Shown: positions 26,201 through 38,900 of the stretch, in pieces
Numbering within the stretch: the stretch's first letter is position 1
Layout of the letters: each line of letters starts with the position of its first letter
Origin: Podarcis filfolensis
Taxonomy: Eukaryota
DNA length: 64,000 bases
NCBI GenBank assembly: GCA_964270895.1
Contig: OZ185443.1
Direction: 5' to 3' (one strand)
The notes under the pieces: generated by a model
Seen by the model: the letters and a program-made list of their open reading frames with translations, nothing else
Databases searched by the model: none
What the model was told of the DNA's origin: nothing
Made by a program: the position numbers and the translations under genes

Positions 26201-26849
26201 GGAGTAATAACCGTGAGCAGTGATGCACTGAGATATAAGAGCATAGATATAAGGAAGGACAGGGTCATGGATGGCTTTGAAGAGGCTTGAGCTGGATTCA
26301 GCAGTAGAAATGAAGTAGCATTGGTGTATTAGGAGGACCTTAATTCATATATTTCCAAACAATCCTTATGTTTAACATGTTTTAGTAAGGAAAGCGAAAT
26401 TTAATATTTTGTTATTTCTAGCCTAGGTCTTGTTTACAAGAGGGGGTTCTTATAAGCAGTTGCTCCCCAACACACTTTAATCTCAGAGTTGTTTGCACAA
26501 TTCAGGGTCTATCCCAGAGGCAAATTAATTGAGTTCAAAGTGAAGAAAGCAACAACAACAAAAAGGAACCCTTGACTCACCTTGCTGATAAGTAATTGTG
26601 TAAACAATAAAGGAGTTGTTATCCTGGTTAGGTAGAGATTGTTTCTCATAGAGAAACAAAGTGAATTGTGAATGACCCAAGATAATCTGCAAGGGGTTAT
26701 GACCGAAGAAGTCTGAAATCCCCTGTTTTTCTGATGAACAAACTTGAGATTGAACTCTTCAAAACTCAGTTAGCTATCTTAGATATGTACTTTGCATCTT
26801 GGCTAATTAACCTCCTTACAGTATATACTGGTATCTTGCACTGATGATT

Positions 26850-27430
26850 ATGATTATTATTTCTAAATTCAATTTAAATACCAGTCTTCACTAAAAAATC
26901 CCAGAGTGCTTTACCCAATAAAAACAAAGGAAAACATCAAACATAGGAAAATATCAAATTAACAACTATGTTTAAATTCCACTGATACAATCAGCATACT
27001 GGGGCAGCAGTGGACAAAGCAATTAAGTAGCAGCACTGCAAACAGCCATGCTAATTCACTAAACTTGCCCAAAGACTTGTGTCAGCAGATGTATCATAAG
27101 CTGACATGGGTATGTGCGTGTGGCATCCTTATCTCCATAGTGATCAAGTTCCACAGACAAGGGGGTCACCACCAAGAAGGCCCTATCTTACAAGAAATGT
27201 TTGCAGAAGGAACCATGAGATGGGCTTCCCCTGTGGACTGCAGGGCAGATAAGGGGAGAGGTTCTCCGTCAAGTATTTGGGTCCTAAATTGTTCAGGACT
27301 TTATAAGTTAGAGTTAGTGTGTTCAATGGAGCCCAGTAGTAAATAGTCAGCCAGTGAAGTTCGCATAGCATTGGTGTGTTATTTCTTGCCCTATCACTCA
27401 CAATACACGTGACTGTAGTCTGCAGCAGTT
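26850..27430 (-). mobile_element. Older L2 fragment
   Basis: ORF-track 27183-27500(-) has TPMLCELHWL...LTLTYKVLNNLGPKYL, the L2 ORF2 motif HITP.L..LHWLP...FK.L.LTYKALNGLGP.YL. Confidence 0.75.
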
Positions 27431-27719
27431 TCCTGACTGTCCTGAATGGTATAATAAGGGACGGAAAGGACAGTCCCCAAGACTTTTGGAAAGCTAACAC
27501 CTGTCAAAATAGGCAATGCTGTGGTAAATTTCCTTCCCAGCCTGAATCCTTATTGACTTTACCAAATTTTTAAAGGAGTAAAATTATCCTACTGAAATAA
27601 AAACGTGTTTTATATTTCTGACACCGACCCCAGGAGAAGAGATGCAACATTGCAATTGGGGACTCAGATGGTCTCAGTGCCTAGGACTGCCTAATTCCTT
27701 CACTGGCTGGTTTGGCCTC

Positions 27720-28145
27720 TTTTGAGCAGATATGTCTTAGCAACTCTAGTAACTCACAGACTATATTACTGCAATGCACTCTACATGGAAACTGCCCTTG
27801 AACAAGATTCAGAAACTATTCTGAAATGCAGGAATCAGATTAGTAGCTGGAGTTCCAGCAGAGTTGGCCCTCTTGATAGTTCCATTACCTTCCCTTCAGA
27901 AGTTTGGGGACTGGTGGTCCAGGAAAAGTTGTTGTCTCTGGCAGCACCTAAGCTGTGTGTGGATTTGCCTCTCCACAGAGGTTTGTCTGGCCCCGCCATC
28001 ATTCAGTTTTCGTAGCATGCTTAAGGCGCACTTCTTTACTGTGGTATTTCACTGCAATTTTTCTAAACTGATTTTAATATGGTATTTAAATATTGTAACC
28101 TGCCCTAGAACTTCACTGTGATGGGCAGGCCAGAAATCTAATAAA
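27720..28145 (+). mobile_element. Older L2 fragment with internal deletion
   Basis: LATLVTHRLYYCNALY matches L2 ALVTSRLDYCNALY; later SLAAPKL; ends AAATCTAATAAATAAT. Confidence 0.7.
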
Positions 28146-31100
28146 TAATGATAGCAATAATAAATATTCTCATTTCTTCTTCTTCTTTTCTGGGTTCCCT
28201 AAAGTCCCTAAAGCATCCTTCATCTTGGACACTGCCACATAGTAAATTTCCTTGATCTTACTGCAGCCTCTCTTTATAACAAATCACTTGGGTGATTTTT
28301 CTTTCCTTTTAAAAGAAAGAATCTGTTGTCTATAAAAATACTTTCATTCTAATAAGCCACAAAGTTAAAGAGTTCTGCATTCCTAGCACTTTGGGGTTGT
28401 ACATCATTGTCTATTTTATCTCCCCGCGACAGTTAAATCTTCAAAAGTACCTGTAAAGTCTCAGGCAGCTGTCAGCCTCCTGTTGGTTTGCTACTAGTGG
28501 ATGAGAGAGTCACATTCTTTCAAAGGATGCTTGGCTAGATTGCTAGTGACTTCTTTAGATCAAATGAATTACAGCACCCAATAGGTTGAATATTGTGAGG
28601 AGCTGGAAAAAGAACCAGCACTGGGTTCACAGGGGTCAGAGATTTTAATCTTCCTTCCTTCCTTCCTTCGTGTTTTTTTTTTAAGAGGGGGTGGTCAGAA
28701 ATACTGATTCCATCCCATTAAAAACCCAAGGGCCCTCAAATCCAACAAAGAAAACATGCTTAATTCCATTGAAATCAATTCGATCAAATGTAACTTAAAT
28801 TGTTTTTTTATTGTACCTCAAAATATAAATTGGAGTCCTAAGGGGGAAGGTATTACTAAAGCAAGTGTGACTTATTTCCAAATAAATATATTTAAGTGGC
28901 TTTGTCAAGTTTATTTATTTCCTAAAGACATCCTAAGTATGTAGTGCTGTTTCTATTACAGTAACCATACATAGATGGAACCAGGGTTGTATCACAGTTG
29001 AATTCATTGCGTTTGTTTGTTTGTTTGTTGCCATAACTCAAGATTTCAGTGTTATACTACCATCTGATGTTTCTTTTTAAGACATCTAACTGCCAGTACT
29101 TCGCAAATTCACGAAAGCTCTCCCCAAAACCAGTCAGAATATATTTCAAGCTCAATATTGAGCTGGAGCTGATTTGGATTATTTATATCTATTTGGTTTG
29201 CAAAATTTGAGCATTATTTGAATGTTCTGGTTTGGTTTCCTCACTGAACATTTTATAAACAAAAGGTTTACATAACGAAATAAGCAAAAAGCCCTTTTCC
29301 TAACCTCATTTATTTCAATCACTTGGCTATCTGTCAACAAAGTGCATCTCTCATATCCTATGTCTGCTTAGAAAAACATCACCCCTATTTTTTATGTTTC
29401 TTTGTTTCTTGGTCTGTTTGGATAGCTGGGCTGTACTGTATTATAAATTTCTTGAAAGCACAGGCCAGTGAGTCGTGCATGTGTAGTGCTGGTATGTTTA
29501 CTGGTACAGGTTTCTATTGGTTTACTTGCTAGTGAGAACTCGGCTATTGTCTTCAATGAAAAGCTTTGTGTAGTGTTTTTTTTCTCTCTCTGCTGACAAG
29601 AATAAAATAAATTAAACACCTATCCTATGCAATTAGACAAAGTAAAATTTTCAGTGATTGCAGCAAGAGCTCTATTGCTGCAGTAGACTTTTCTAAATTA
29701 GCTAAAAGTGTAAACAAATACTTTTGTACAGCATTCTCTAAGTATCTACCCAACTTATGCTGTTCTCCGTTACCTTAACCTTTTGTCCATTCATACTTGT
29801 TATTGCCTGCTGTCGTCACCTCACACTATCTCTGATTAGAAAAGCTCTCTTACAGCTTCCTTTCTGGACTGCTCTATTGATCACCTGGCAGGGGGTGTTG
29901 AATGTGTGATCCAGATGGCCCGTCTCCTTCACCTCCCATGACCTCCTGCCCAGGAGAATTACCTTGATTTTGCAGATAGTCTGTGGTCCCGGTTTGGTAT
30001 TGTAGTGCTGGATTGCTGATGCTTCTCTTTCTCCTGTTATCTGATTTAGGATATACTTAAATAAAACAGTCAGAATTCAGGATGAATATTCTGGGTTTCT
30101 CTTTTTATCAGCAAGGATGTAGTATGGGAGTGATGAAATAAAAAGAAGTCTGCTGAAACTCAATCTGCTTGAGTTCTATAAAGAAAATCTGTTTTAACAC
30201 AATATGCTATATCAGACTCACCACCAGTTTTACAAGAGTTCATGTGCTTCCTTCTCACCTCTCTTTCTCTGGCACAGCCATGAAGATCTAGAAGCCTTTG
30301 TTTCCATTTTAGAGTGCCATCTGAACCTGGCAAACTTATAGTTTGCTGAAACAAGCCAACTTCAAACAATAGTTTTAAGATAGTTAAGCTTAGGCACCAT
30401 TGGGAGGCTGGACATAATGCTAAACTATGGTTGATCTAAAGTGGGATTGGATGTTTCTGAACACCCTGTGGCTGCGCTGGAGGATGGGCAGGGAACACGT
30501 GAGTCCAAAGCTTGCTGCAGTTTGTGGTCATAATGCTAAGCCTTGGCTAACTTTACCATTGCATGCAAAACAGCTTCATGTTGAAAACAACCTATTCTTA
30601 TGTAACAGCATAAAACTGAGTTACAGACTAAATCTCCATTTCGGGCTATACCACAAGGTTTGAATTTTCGCACTCTGTTCAGGAGTTGCATAATTCTTTC
30701 CCACTCCCTATATGTAAACAGGTACATTCAGGATCACTAAGGGTTCATTCACACATAATGCTTTGAGAAATATACAGAAGTGGAAAAGCCATGGCTAACT
30801 AGAGGCAGCTCATAGGCATTGCAAAACCTACTTTTGTTAATTTTGGTTTATTACTTATTTCACAACGTATTTTGGTTTGTGAAAAATACAAACACATCAA
30901 TGATTGATCCTGTATGTCTGGATTAGCCAACATGGTGCCCTCCTGGTGTTGTTGAATTACAGCTTGAATCGGCCCTGGCCATTGGTCAGTGTGATGTGGG
31001 TCTGATAGGATTGCCCTGTTAGATATTTATTCCCATGATGTGTATTTTTTAAAAAAAAAATGGTTAAACAGATTTTAAGATAATCTGATGGGTGCTGATG

Positions 31101-34100
31101 ATTCATTTTTTATAAACAAATATAAGTGTAATTTTTAATTTGTTAGTACTGAGATTTAATTAAAAACCTAGTTTAAAAACCCCAACAACAGACAACTGTT
31201 ACAACTGGAATTTTAAAAATCTAGTTTTTAAAAAATTAAATTAATTGTTTATGCACCTTGAAAGTAATATTTTAAATGGGCCTAAGAATGTAATTTCAAA
31301 GTGCTTTGAAAGCACTGAAATTAATGGTACTTACTTACACATAGGGATTGAAATATGAGGGAATATTTTAAGCTCTTTGTAAAGCTCCTTTGTCAAACCA
31401 TAACAAAGTAAGCTGCAGAAATATTCAAAAACTGTGAAATAATGTTAACTTTTGCTTATGAAAACTGAAAATAACTGGAACCAACATTTTTTCAAAAATC
31501 TCCAGCTCTTATTGTCAGCATTGTGCATTCCTATGGCTGCGGTTGTTGTATCCTGTGCTACCACAACAGATTCTTATTCTGAAGCATCTCCGTGTACTTC
31601 ATAAATTGCATGACTGAGCAATCACATTGTCTGCCTGTTTCTTAAACTTAAATACTGGTCACCAGGGGGCTGGGGGTGGTTATAAATATCATAGCTCATG
31701 CAAAGTGGAGGTTTAAGTCTCCTCTCCCCAGCTTCTGTCTCTGCAAAATTTGCTCCCTGGTGTAGTAAAAAAAAGAAGAAGTTATCATTGGTGTAAAATG
31801 GGACCCTAATGCTAATTGCTGCTTGGGAGGATGAATTTCATTTCAGCGCAGCTGCGGCAGGAATTAAGATTGTTACCAAGCTGAGCAACATGTAGCAGTG
31901 TCCAGAAAACCCCCCACAAAGACTTGCAGTTGATACATACACACAAACACCACTTCCGTTAGTCATAGCAGCATTTCATTAATCCACTAATTAATCCCGA
32001 GGGCTATGATTTAGCTGTAAGAGCTGAAATTGTCTGTTGTATGGGATCCTGAGCTCAGCAACAAAAGAATGAGGACACATCTATATGATAGATGATCCAA
32101 GGCAGGTCAAAGCAGGAATAACGTTTTGTTATCAGATGCCAGTGTCGCCTTCTACGTGCATCTACTGAGTTGCTTGAATCCTAACTTTCGCATTTATTGA
32201 ATGGGGAATTCCCACCTTCATCTTTCCCCGCAGCCCCTCAGAATTTGGGGGTTGGGAGGATGTTGTGTAAGGGGACTGCAGTGCAGTGGGTTGTTGGTTG
32301 AGATGGTTCCTCCTCATGTGAGTCGAGATCCAAGCCATATTCTTCAAGAGCTACAAATGCTAAGGTTACAAAGGACATTGAGAACAGTGTTCCTATCAGC
32401 CCTAAAGCCACCCCATTAAAGCAAATCTCTTCTCTGTAAACAAAGAATGAAGGGGGTGGGGGGAATCTCAGCACTGGCCTGTCAGCAGTCATCTGCTTAT
32501 GAATCTTTCCAAACTTTCCCCTTGAAATGCAAAAAGCCTCAGAACATTAAAATGTCAACTGGATTAATTAAATGTTTGAGTCCCAACAGCTCCTGCAGCG
32601 TCCAAAGGATGACAGCATGGATTAGTGACATCAAGGGTCACAAGAGATAGTGTCACGTTTCAAACAGATGTGAAATGGGTAAATCGGAGCGCTTGGGACA
32701 GCTTTCGGGCTTTGTTAAAAAATATTTGCTCAAATCCTTTTATTCAGAGTTAATGAGCTAAGGCAGGGTGATCGGGTAGTGGGAAAAGAGAGAGGCAGTC
32801 ATATTTTACAAGTACACTACTTGTACTTGGGTCTTCGGGTGACTTTATTCCTAACAGTGTTAAAGCACACATAGCTAATCTACTAAGACCCATAAAGTGG
32901 TATAACACTGCTTCAAATGTATGGTGTGGGTGTAAAGTGTTCATGATGTGGCTCCACATCATAAGATGGCTGAGGCCTGGTTCAAAGATTCTGGAAATCA
33001 GACTAACGGTTTAGTGACGCTGCCAAAGTATGAGGGGAACTAATGAAGCATGGGCATTCTAGACAAGAATACCATGATCTGGTATTTGGATGGACTGACA
33101 TCCAGTGAATAGAGAGGATTCAACATTGCTCTGTCATATGCCAAACATGGATTATACAGCAGGGCAGCCAAGACAGTTTTATTTCTGAAACCCAGTGACT
33201 GCCAAAATCAGTTAAATGTGTGGCGCTGAAAATCTAGGGGATCAGTTGTGGTGTAATCAGGGTAACTCCTTTTGATGAACTTTTTAAAGAACAGTCGTAT
33301 CACGGCATTATACAACTTCCTTTTGCTTTTGAAAACGTGGGATGAAAGTTCTGTAATATTATCAGCCATGCATAAAAGTGAAATGGTATATTGTATGTTT
33401 TGCATTTTGTTGTTTGTTTTGCATGATAGCCCTGGCTTTTGCGAGGAGGGGGAATACAGTAGGCTATGAACCACTGAAGGCATCTAACTAGAAGTTATGC
33501 AGCAGGAGTCACAGCAGGAGCAATCCAGCCGATCTGCTTTTAGTTAAATAAGATACATGAATAGAATGGGTTGAGGTAATTAAATTGGATGGTGACACCC
33601 AGATGGCTCTAATGATGAACAGCTGTGAGGTCAGGAAAACATACTGTACTTTTGAATACAATTAATGACTATCCATAAAAATGGCCATAAAGTGACCGTT
33701 ATAGAAGTCCCACCCCGCAGTCAGCACTGTTGTCACCAGCAATATGGGGGGGGGGGTGGATTGTCATATTCATATCTTGTTAAGACAACATCAAACAGCT
33801 GTACTTTGATGTTGCCCTGCTTGATGCAGACTTAGTGTTCTTTTGTTCTTAAGTGCGCAGTCACTTTAAAGCATCAATGCCCCTGCCTTTCTGGCCTCCT
33901 TCACACACAGAGACAGTGTCATGGGAATAGTTTCAGTGTGGCACAGTTGCTCATTGCAGGGCTGTGTGTGTGTGTGTCTATTATAACCACGTGGACTGTG
34001 CCAATTGTGTGGATCTTTCCCATGCAATCAGGAGCCTACTGGGAACGAGGCCCTCATTTGTATGAAGTGAACATTAACATTTGACCACAGAAATATGCCT

Positions 34101-34285
34101 TTGACAGACATACATGCTGTGCTTCTTTGATCTTCTAAGACAGTACGTTCTTTTTCCTGGGCCACATTTTTTTTAGACCCTGGTCATGGTTTGAAGGCAC
34201 ACAGTGTAGCACCATTTCTGATGCAAAGCATGTCTGGATCTGGTCATTGCCTGGATAGGAGAACATTGGTTAAACCCTGCCTTGA

Positions 34286-34531
<246 letters not shown>

Positions 34532-35513
34532 TAAAGTGGACCATGGAAATAAAAATATATTGTGTAGTAGGAAATCTTTTCCCCAATAAAAAGGCAAATT
34601 TCAAAAGGAAACTTTTCAACTTGAATGTCAGAATCCTTATCAGATTCTGTAGAATTGCAAAGTCGTTTTTCTATCTGCGTTGTATGATTACGTATTTCAT
34701 GGTAAAGGGTGGTGTGGCAAACTTTTTGTTGCATAACAAACCTTCGTATTTAATCCAAATACCCTTGTTTCTAAAACAGAAAACAGAGTGTTTCCACAGT
34801 CATTTAACTCAAGCCATGTGTGGCATGATGGTTTAAATAAGTTTGAGACATCATGACTGATGGTCAGATAAGAAGATGAAATGTCACATACCTCATTGCC
34901 TGTGACAAACAACACTATTGGAAATCCTTGCAGCCCTGCTAAGTGTGATTTGCAAATACAGAAAGCAGAGACGGAAAGTCTGTTTGAACCCTTCAAGTTT
35001 AGTCCCCTCATGTTTCTGAAATCTGAAAGTCTTTCTTGTTTATAATCCGCTGACATTTTATGTAACTTCTTGCAAGTTTATGGATCTTTCATTGCAAAAT
35101 AATAGAACTTTGCAAAGAGTTTTCAGTGATGCAAATAAACCACCTTCACTTCACACCAAGCAAGAACCCAACATGGAGCCTGCTCTTTGAGTTTCTGAGT
35201 GAATAGATGACAGTTTGACATGTTTTACCACAAGATATAGTTGATCCTGGCTTTGCATAAGATGCTGAGCCAAACCTTGCTTTAGCTGCTGTGATAGACT
35301 GTACTTAAATGACTGGAGAAGAGCAAAATGAGGGCAAGCTCCTCTCTGGGGCTACCATATTTGTGCAGTCCCAGTAAGCCATAGTTTGTTGTACCATGAG
35401 ACCTATGAAGGACGGGATTCTGAGCATCATTTTTTTCTTTTAAAGCCCATGACTGTTTCTTTTATTGCCATGACTGTTGAAGTAGTTTAAGAGTTCTTTA
35501 AACGTATGGTATA

Positions 35514-35973
35514 TGTCAGGGGGCTGCCATTGGGACAGGGGAGGGTGCCGGGGGATACAGAGAGCCTCTGGCGCTTCTGAGGAGCAGCACCTCCTTGAGC
35601 GGTGGGGAAAGCCACGCCTCCAGTGGAGCAGAGTGGGAAGGGGGGAGCCAAGCAAGGGGAGGGCTCAAAGATGCTACTGAGAGCTCAAGCGCCTCACCTA
35701 ACCTGGCTGGCCAGGAGGCAGTCATGCCGTTTCCGTCTCCCAGCTTATGCAGAGGGGTGAAACGTAAGGAGGGGAGGCGGAGGTTGGGGTGTCTAAGTTC
35801 TTACGTTTGGTGGGAGGGAACCGGAAGGGGCCACTCCCAGAATCTGCAAGCGACCAAGATGGACATGAACGTTGTGTTTCTGCACTGTATATAGTTTGCA
35901 CCAATAAAATCTGCAAAAGACAGGTTGGAGTCCTGCCTGGTTACTCACGAGCAACCACCACCAGCACCTGACA
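35514..35973 (+). mobile_element. Solo LTR (460 bp), Gypsy/BEL/ERV class unresolved
   Basis: TGTCAGG...CCTGACA perfect 7-bp terminal inverted repeat; 5-bp TSD GTATA (35509-13, 35974-78); AATAAA at 35903; GC- and CpG-rich against AT-rich flanks. Confidence 0.88.
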
Positions 35974-38900
35974 GTATAGATCCGACCAGTCTCTCTCTTA
36001 CCCATCTCCTCAGCTAATAAGCAGCGTTGTGGGGATTCATCAGCATCATAGCAGAACACACCTCAACCCCCCCCATGTATTATGATCCTGATGAAAATTC
36101 CCACCTGCTTTTAATTCTTTTAAAAACGGATAGTCTTTCTAATGACATGTCTAGCATAATGCCTAGTTTGGCCCCAGCTCAGACTATCGGTCTATCTAGC
36201 TCAGGCAGAGCACCAAGCCTTCATAGCCGAGGTCTTTTAAACTTAAATTTGGGGGTCCGAGATTGGAGCCTTCTAGATACAATGCATGTGCTCTGCCAGT
36301 GATCTAAGTTCTAGGTTTCCTGAGAATGTTGCAATAATTTCCATATCAGACAACTATAGAATCTGACAGCATCTGATGTTTTGAATAATTGCTCTTTAGT
36401 TATGGTTGTTATCTTTAATGTTTAATGATACCCTTTAAAACTTTAAGGAAAAGCACATGAAGTCTATAGAACTGGGGTGTTCATTTTCCCCCTTTTAAGT
36501 CTGGAGATTTAAACAAGATTATGATTTATTACTAATTGAACATCCGTTTTCTTGCTCCAATGAACAGTTTTAAACCTGCCTTTTATTTTAATGCTTAGAC
36601 ACATGCTTTCCAGATTAAAATTCTCAGCATTTAAAGAAAAGAAGCAAAGTAGTGCTCCTGAACTCCTCTTTTTTACTTTCAAAGGGAGCTAGTCTGAAAA
36701 TAAACTTTTCTTCATTTGTAATCACAGGCTTATTAATACATAAAAGATACATAATTCCTGTTACCCTTTGGCATGTTCAGAGAAAATCTTCCAGTCTCTT
36801 GTTGACTTAAAGACATTGGCCACATTCCAGCATAATTATGTATTCTATACTTCCTTTGAAATCAGTAGAATTTAAGAACGCTTACCTGTATACTAGATTG
36901 CAGCCATGGCTTTTACTACTGCTGTGGGTTTGTATTTGACATGTTTTTGGAATCTAGCTTTATAGGTTAGAGGTTTCTCTCTACTGAAGATGACTAATCA
37001 TCAGATTTTCCAGTAGAGGGAAATGCATTTTAAAAGTTTGCTGCTAAGAATGGAACAAAATATCTCTAGGCACCTCCTGTCTGAACCAATTTCCAATAAA
37101 CCCTAGGGTTCATTAAGATTTCAGGTTTATTTTCTCACAAATCTATTGTAGTTCCACAAAAAATTTTTGCAGTTCACTGTTATGCTTCTATGGAAAACTG
37201 AAAAGCAATGGATCTGGTTGGCAGTCCTCAAGGTCCTTGCCTACAGCTTGACATCACCAGGATTTCTGGAAGGGCTATGTGGTTTATGGAGTGGGATATT
37301 CACCATGACTAGCAATAAAATAACTTCCCCCTTATTTTTCTTGACTTTTTTTTTTTTTAAAAAAGGCTACATTATGGCTTTGGAACAGTAGTCTGCTACC
37401 ACAACTGTTAGACAAATAATTTCTTTAAATTGCAATCTAAAGGGAAGGACTTTTCCCATTTCGTGAAGTCCATAGTCGGTTTCCAGACCAAAGAGGGTTG
37501 TAAGAATTTCATAGGTTCTTGTTTCTTTTTTTGTTGATAGCATGCCTAACTCCATGGCAGTTTGCTGTTAACTGTGCTCTTGTGGGTAGATCAACCATGC
37601 AATGTGTGGGTGCTGATGTTATTGCTCTGCTGTATACATGGGCTGTATTACATTGGCTGCCAATTGAGTTTTATCCCCCAAACTAAAAGCAAAAGCCAGC
37701 GATTATTTACAAGAATCTGTGAGGAAAGTGCATGATTTTTAACATTGGAAAGCATTAGCATAATTCCAAAATTTCATCTGGGATTTGTCATTTTTGAGCA
37801 CACGTATATGTGATCTTTTTCCTATCATGCAGTCCCATTAAGCACCTTGAGCCCATATTATTAGACTAGTTAGATTTTTTGAAAATGTGAAATATGAAAG
37901 CATTTCTGTTTGGGGGGATGCATTATCAGAAGCCAGTTGTTTCTTCATTTAATAAGAAGTGCTGGCTTTGAAATTTTAGGTTGCAAAATGTTGTACTATA
38001 GGGTTGGTATCCATATTGGAAAGTGGCTTCTGATTTTCCTGTGTCTGGACAGTGTCATTGCCTACCAGAATTGAGGACTTATTCCTTAAGGGCTAAGGCT
38101 ATGCTAGACACCTTGGCTTGACACCTGATTTTCTATGTGGTATCTTATAATATTCAATCATGACAGCCATCTGCAATCTGCATTCTGAACTGGTACAGAC
38201 CAGATAGAGGTTTACCACTTCATTTGTGAAAACTTTGCCTTAGTTTTCCACATGCAGGAAGATTTTCATGTGGGGATACTTACGAACAAACTTATGCATT
38301 CTGAGGTGCTGGTATGATCTCTTGAGAGGATGGTACTGCATGCCTCTATGAACATTTTAGTCATATTGGAGTAAGCCCAAAGAAGCAACTTTTATTTCTG
38401 CAAACCTTTCCTCTTCTAAAGAAAATGTTCCACTAAACAAAAGCAAGGACTGTAAATAATAACAACCCTCCAAGTTTCTATTACAAGTAACTGATACTTC
38501 AGGCACCAAGAGAACATTAACAATGTGGAAAAAGATGTCGCCTGGCACGTTCTCCACACTAGTAAATCTATACAAAACATAAAGATAAAAACTATAGCAA
38601 CAATTTGGGAAGAGAATTAATGCCATTAGGAAGGACAATGGGGACACTGAAGACATTAAAAGAAAGATGAAAAGATCTAAAAGCACAGAAAAAGAAAGGG
38701 AGGGATGGCTTAACTGTCAACAAACAGAAGGTCATCTGGAAGATAATAAAAAACGGATTTCACAGGCACTGAATGGCTGCTAGGACTGTAAATTCCAACT
38801 GTTTATGGAGCATCTATCAGATTATAGAAGCAACTACTTCCACTCACCAAAGTAAAAGAATGTCATGTGTTTGCGTTTATTGATGACAGGAATATAAAAA

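Noticed and set aside
26850-28145. Opposite-strand L2 fragments as a single 5'-inverted insertion
   Set aside because: They overlap in the RKLQ region of ORF2, are separated by about 300 bp of unrelated sequence and share no TSD; more likely independent.
38340-38760. A-rich stretch with a faint RTE/BovB ORF2-like phrase (INAIRKDNGDTEDIKRK)
   Set aside because: Too degenerate and stop-ridden to call by eye; needs a profile search.
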